A stretch of 64,000 nucleotides of DNA from NCBI GenBank assembly GCA_966210745.1, contig CBIHLJ010000004.1, positions 3,318-67,317 on the forward strand, written 5' to 3'. The stretch is from an uncultured Pseudoxanthomonas sp. (GTDB lineage Bacteria > Pseudomonadota > Gammaproteobacteria > Xanthomonadales > Xanthomonadaceae). This document shows positions 59,622 through 64,000 of this stretch, piece by piece. The notes under the pieces were generated by a model, which was not told the DNA's origin, ran no database searches, and saw only the letters and a program-made list of their open reading frames with translations. Positions within the stretch are counted from its first letter, which is position 1. Each line of letters begins with the position of its first letter. A program made the translations under genes and the position numbers.

Positions 59622-60308
59622 ATGAAGCGCTCCACGTCCGCCACCACCCTCGCCTGCGCGCTGATGCTGCTGCCAGGCTGCGCACGCTACTACGGCGACG
59701 TGCGCCCGTACGCGCCGATGCAGCCCATCCAGCCTATCGTCGCCGCGCAGGCACCGGCCACGGCCGGTTCGATCTACCGCGCCGGTCCCGGCCTGAACCT
59801 CTACGCCGACCGCCGCGCGCGCGACGTGGGTGACCTGCTGACGATCAATCTGGTGGAGAACACTGCCGCGCAGACCTCGGCCACCACCTCGGTCGACAAG
59901 AGCAGCGAGATCAGCATGGCCGCACCCAACATCGCCGGTGCCCCGGTCACCTGGAACGGACGCGACATTCTCAGCGCATCCGTCAATGGCGAGCGCGGCT
60001 TCAGCGGCGCAGGCAACAGCGCCCAGAGCAACCGCCTGCAGGGCAGCGTGACCGTCACCGTGATCCAGCGCCTGCCCAACGGCAACCTGGTCGTGCAGGG
60101 CCAGAAGAACATGCGCCTGAACCAGGGCGACGAACTGGTGCAGATCCAGGGCATCGTGCGTCCGGCCGACATTGGCACCGACAACACCATCGCCTCCAGC
60201 AGGGTCGCCGACGCACGCATCGCCTTCGGCGGCCGCGGCGCCATCGCGCAGTCCAACTCGATGGGCTGGCTGGGCCGGTTCTTCAACTCCCCCGTCTTCC
60301 CGAACTGA
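59622..60308 (+). CDS. flgH: L-ring lipoprotein FlgH
   Basis: Lipobox [41 protein letters not shown]. Confidence 0.96.
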   Translation: MKRSTSATTLACALMLLPGCARYYGDVRPYAPMQPIQPIVAAQAPATAGSIYRAGPGLNLYADRRARDVGDLLTINLVENTAAQTSATTSVDKSSEISMAAPNIAGAPVTWNGRDILSASVNGERGFSGAGNSAQSNRLQGSVTVTVIQRLPNGNLVVQGQKNMRLNQGDELVQIQGIVRPADIGTDNTIASSRVADARIAFGGRGAIAQSNSMGWLGRFFNSPVFPN

Positions 60309-60318
60309 GCATCGCGCC

Positions 60319-61500
60319 ATGGATACGCCCAACGCCGACCGCTCGAACCCCACGCCCGCGAAGAAGCCGCGCCGCATCGATACCTATACGCTGCTGGGCC
60401 TGCTGGCGTGGATCGGGCTGGTGCTGTTGTGCCTGGCTCCCGCCGCGCGCGCCGAACGCATCAAGGATCTCGCCCAGGTCGGCGGCGTGCGCAGCAATCC
60501 GCTGGTCGGCTACGGCCTGGTCGTGGGCCTGGATGGCAGTGGCGACCGCACCAGCCAGGCGCCTTTCACCGTGCAGAGCCTGAAGAACATGCTGGGCGAA
60601 CTGGGCGTCAACGTGCCGGCCAACGTCAATCCGCAGCTCAAGAACGTGGCTGCCGTGGCGATCCACGCAGACCTGCCCGCTTTCGCCAAGCCCGGCCAAC
60701 CGATCGACATCACCGTGTCGTCGATCGGCAACGCCACCTCGCTGCGCGGCGGTAGCCTGTTGATGGCCCCGCTGCGCGGCGCCGACGGCGAGGTCTACGC
60801 GATCGCCCAGGGCAACCTGGTGGTCGGCGGCTTCGGCGCGCAAGGCAAGGACGGCTCGCGCGTATCGGTCAACGTGCCGAGCGTGGGCCGCATTCCGAAC
60901 GGCGCCACCGTCGAACGCGCGATCCCCAATGCGCTGGACAGCGGTGACGGCACGATCACGCTCAACCTGCACCGCGCCGACTTCACCACCGTCTCGCGCA
61001 TGGTCGCGGCACTGGAGCAGAATTTCGGCGCGGGCAATGCGTACGCACTGGATGCGGTCACCGTCGCCGTGCGCGCGCCTGCCGAGATGTCCCGGCGCAT
61101 CAATTTCCTCGCGCAGATCGAGAACCTCGAACTGACCCCTGGCAGCGCACCGGCGAAGGTCATCGTCAACGCGCGCACCGGCACCGTGGTGATCGGCGCG
61201 CAGGTGCAGGTGATGCCGGCGGCGGTGACGCATGGCTCGCTGACGGTGACCATCACCGAATCGGCCAACGTCAGCCAGCCGAATGAATTCTCGCGCGGCG
61301 GCACCACGGTGGTGACGCCGCAGTCCAGCGTATCGGTCAGCCAGGAAGGCAACCGCATGTTCAAGTTCGAAGGCGGCACCTCGCTGGACGAAATCGTCCG
61401 CGCGGTGAACGAAGTCGGTGCCGCGCCCGGCGACCTCATCGCGATCCTGGAAGCCCTGAAGCAGGCCGGCGCCCTGCGTGCAGAGCTCGAGGTGATCTGA
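60319..61500 (+). CDS. flgI: P-ring protein FlgI
   Basis: [44 protein letters not shown]. Confidence 0.97.
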   Translation: MDTPNADRSNPTPAKKPRRIDTYTLLGLLAWIGLVLLCLAPAARAERIKDLAQVGGVRSNPLVGYGLVVGLDGSGDRTSQAPFTVQSLKNMLGELGVNVPANVNPQLKNVAAVAIHADLPAFAKPGQPIDITVSSIGNATSLRGGSLLMAPLRGADGEVYAIAQGNLVVGGFGAQGKDGSRVSVNVPSVGRIPNGATVERAIPNALDSGDGTITLNLHRADFTTVSRMVAALEQNFGAGNAYALDAVTVAVRAPAEMSRRINFLAQIENLELTPGSAPAKVIVNARTGTVVIGAQVQVMPAAVTHGSLTVTITESANVSQPNEFSRGGTTVVTPQSSVSVSQEGNRMFKFEGGTSLDEIVRAVNEVGAAPGDLIAILEALKQAGALRAELEVI

Positions 61501-61501
61501 T

Positions 61502-62572
61502 ATGGCCAGCACGCCCATCGGCGCACTGAATTCTCCCTTGCCACTGGCCGACGCCAGTGGCAAGCCCGACAACGCGCGCATCCACGATGTCGCGCGGAAG
61601 CTGGAGGGCCAGTTCGCACAGATGATGATCAAGTGCATGCGCGAGGCCGGCTTTGGCGATTCGCTGTTCCCCGGCGAGAACCAGGTGTTCCGCGACATGT
61701 ACGACCAGCAGATCGCCAAGGCGATGAGCGAAGGTCGCGGTCTTGGCCTGGCGCCGATGATTGCGCGCCAGTTGGGTGCAACCGACAGCAGCACGCCGGC
61801 CGTTCCCGCCTCCACGGCGTTGTCCGCATACAAGCGCCTGCTGCCGGGCAACGAAGCCGATTCCATGCTCGACGCCATCGCAGGCCGCGGCATCGGCATC
61901 GGTAGCAACGCCGCGCGCCACGATGCCGGCATGCCGGCCACGATCACGCTGGACGCCATCACCGTACGTCCGGACGCCGCCTGCGACGAGGTGGAACAGG
62001 TCGCGTCGGCGGATCCGTCGAAGTACGCGCGGAATACACCCGAGCGCTTCGTCGCCGAGATATGGGACCACGCCAGGCAGGCGGCGAAGGAGCTGGGTGT
62101 GGATCCACGCGCACTGGTCGCGCAGGCCGCGCTGGAGACCGGCTGGGGCAAGCGCCAGATCCGCACGGGCGACGGCGACAGCGCGCACAACCTGTTCGGC
62201 ATCAAGGCCACCGGCTGGAAGGGCGAGCGCGCCCGCACCGCCACGCATGAATACAGCAACGGCGTGAAGCACAGCGAGACCGCCGACTTCCGCGCGTATG
62301 CCTCGCCCGCCGAAAGCTTCGCCGACTACGTCCGCCTGCTGAAGAACAATCCGCGCTACCAGCAGGCCCTCGCCGCCGGCAAGGACATCGCCGGTTTCGC
62401 CCGCGGCCTGCAGCGCGCCGGCTACGCCACCGACCCGACCTACGCCAACAAGATCGCCTCGATCGCCAACGGGCCCACCCTGGGCAAGGTGCTGTCGGCG
62501 ATCGGCGACACCGTCGGCGGCAAGGTCGGCGGCCTCGTCGGCAACGCCATCGGCAACGCACTGCAGCGCTGA
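61502..62572 (+). CDS. flgJ: Rod cap/peptidoglycan hydrolase FlgJ
   Basis: Rod-binding domain (LEGQFAQMMIKCMREA) plus glucosaminidase domain (AQAALETGWG, NLFGIKA, GYATDPTYA). Confidence 0.96.
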   Translation: MASTPIGALNSPLPLADASGKPDNARIHDVARKLEGQFAQMMIKCMREAGFGDSLFPGENQVFRDMYDQQIAKAMSEGRGLGLAPMIARQLGATDSSTPAVPASTALSAYKRLLPGNEADSMLDAIAGRGIGIGSNAARHDAGMPATITLDAITVRPDAACDEVEQVASADPSKYARNTPERFVAEIWDHARQAAKELGVDPRALVAQAALETGWGKRQIRTGDGDSAHNLFGIKATGWKGERARTATHEYSNGVKHSETADFRAYASPAESFADYVRLLKNNPRYQQALAAGKDIAGFARGLQRAGYATDPTYANKIASIANGPTLGKVLSAIGDTVGGKVGGLVGNAIGNALQR

Positions 62573-62586
62573 TCCAGGGAGCACGC

Positions 62587-64000
62587 ATGTCCAACCTTCT
62601 CGCCACCGGCAGCAGCGCCCTCCTCGCTTTCCAGCGCGCCCTGTCCACGGTCAGCCACAACGTCGCCAACATCAACACGCCGGGCTACTCGCGCCAGCGC
62701 GCTGAATTCGAAGCGCGCGACGGCACCTTCTTCGGCCAGGGCTACCAGGGCAACGGCGTGCAGATCGTCGACGTGCGCCGCATGGCCGACTCTCTGGCCA
62801 CCTCGCGACTGCTCGACAGCGGCGGCGAACTCTCGCGCCTGCAGCAGTTGTCGGTCCTCTCCACCCGGCTCGACCAGCTGTTCTCCGAGAAGGCGACCGG
62901 CATCAGTGCACCATGGTCCAGCTTCTTCGATTCGGTCAGCGCGCTGTCCTCCAACGCCGCAGGCTCCGCCGACCGCGAAAGCGTGCTGGCGCAGGCGAAT
63001 GCGCTGGTCACCCGCTTCCGCCAGATCGACCAGCACCTCGACGGGCTCGATACGGAAGTCAATGCGGGCCTGACCGCCGCCACCGGCGAAGTGAACCGCC
63101 TGGCAAAAGAGATCGCCCAGCTCAACGGCCAGATCGGCGGCAATACGAATCCCTCCGGCGACCTGCTCGACCGTCGCGACCAGCTGATCAGCGAACTGGT
63201 CGCCTTCACCGGCGGCAACGCGGTGACGCAGGATGGCGGACTGGTCAATGTATTCAGCGCCGGTGGGCAACCGCTGGTGGTCGGTGCGAGCGCGAGCACG
63301 CTGGTTACCGTGCCCGATGCGTATCGTCCCGAGCGCCTGCAGGTGGCGCTGGAAACCAACGGCCAGCGCATCACCCTGGACAAGCGCGCCCTCGGTGGCC
63401 AGATCGGTGGCCTGATCGAGTTCCGTACCACGGTGCTTGACCCGGCCGTGGCCGAACTGGGGCGCGTGGCCACCTCGCTGGCGCAAACCTTCAACGAAGG
63501 GCATCGCGCCGGCATGGACCAGTACGGCCAGCTCGGAAGCGATTTCTTCAGCCTGCCCGCACCGCGTATCTCGTCGAACGCCGGCAACACCGGCAATGCC
63601 GCCCTGCAGACGTCGGTCGGGAGCGTCTCCGCGCTCAATGCGCAGAATGTGCTGCTGCGCTTCGACGGCAGCGCATGGGTGGCGACACATCCGGACACCG
63701 GCGCTGCCATCGCCACCACCGGCACCGGCACCGCGGCCGATCCGCTGGTCGTGAATGGCATTGAGGTCGTGCTGGCTTCGGGTACGCCGGCCACCAATGA
63801 CCGTTTCCTGCTGCAACCCACCGCGGGCGCGGCCGGCAACCTGGGCGTGGCGATCACCGATCCCGGCCGCATCGCCGCCGCCACGCCGGTCAAGGCCACG
63901 ACCGACATGGCCAACACCGGCAGCGGCAAGCTGAGCGGATTGAAGGTGACCGACGCGGCCAACGCAGGCCTGCTGGCGCCGGTGGACATCGAGTTCATCG
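62587..64000 (+). CDS. flgK: Hook-associated protein FlgK (partial, runs off the window)
   Basis: MSNLLATGSSALLAFQRALSTVSHNVANINTPGYSRQR, DLLDRRDQL. Confidence 0.95.
   Translation, partial: MSNLLATGSSALLAFQRALSTVSHNVANINTPGYSRQRAEFEARDGTFFGQGYQGNGVQIVDVRRMADSLATSRLLDSGGELSRLQQLSVLSTRLDQLFSEKATGISAPWSSFFDSVSALSSNAAGSADRESVLAQANALVTRFRQIDQHLDGLDTEVNAGLTAATGEVNRLAKEIAQLNGQIGGNTNPSGDLLDRRDQLISELVAFTGGNAVTQDGGLVNVFSAGGQPLVVGASASTLVTVPDAYRPERLQVALETNGQRITLDKRALGGQIGGLIEFRTTVLDPAVAELGRVATSLAQTFNEGHRAGMDQYGQLGSDFFSLPAPRISSNAGNTGNAALQTSVGSVSALNAQNVLLRFDGSAWVATHPDTGAAIATTGTGTAADPLVVNGIEVVLASGTPATNDRFLLQPTAGAAGNLGVAITDPGRIAAATPVKATTDMANTGSGKLSGLKVTDAANAGLLAPVDIEFI

Noticed and set aside
60319-60460. 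Long basic N-terminal extension of FlgI before the hydrophobic signal
   Set aside because: It is most simply a long signal-peptide n-region; the mature protein is canonical
62480-62572. Gly-rich tail of FlgJ (VGGKVGGLVGNAIGNA) resembling a glycine zipper
   Set aside because: Short and low-complexity, with no other support for a separate function
304-63998. Many long overlapping or antisense ORFs in the six-frame track (e.g. 2903..5326 -, 19641..22022 -, 35184..38312 -)
   Set aside because: Shadow ORFs of GC-rich coding DNA: Arg/Ala/Gly-biased, without recognisable motifs, and overlapping well-supported genes

Overview
High-GC Xanthomonadaceae-like (Pseudoxanthomonas/Xanthomonas-type) flagellar and chemotaxis supercluster. 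In order: the start of a metal-efflux operon (CopL-like leader gene and TolC/CzcC-like channel, minus strand); flhB-flhA-flhF-flhG-fliA-cheY-cheZ-(47-aa ORF)-cheA; motAB-parA-parP-like cheW; a second STAS-cheY-cheA system followed by an OprO/P-like porin; five paralogous chemoreceptor genes with different sensor domains and patchwork-identical signalling regions; a lower-GC insert on the opposite strand (signal-peptide RHS toxin with an Ntox16-like tip, its immunity gene and a BRCT remnant); ycgR, cheW, a DosP-like c-di-GMP phosphodiesterase, a secreted OB-fold-like protein, cheR-cheD-cheB and a sensor-less MCP; a degenerate kinase, a GGDEF-EAL-REC protein, a GIY-YIG protein and a histidine kinase; then flgN-flgM-flgA, cheV and flgB to flgK (flgK runs off the window). 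I read 13 strong and 1 weaker sigma28-type promoters, 4 sigma54-type promoters and four families of short extragenic repeats. I found no rRNA, tRNA, CRISPR array, integrase or transposase. Family calls come from motif recognition by eye, not from database searches.
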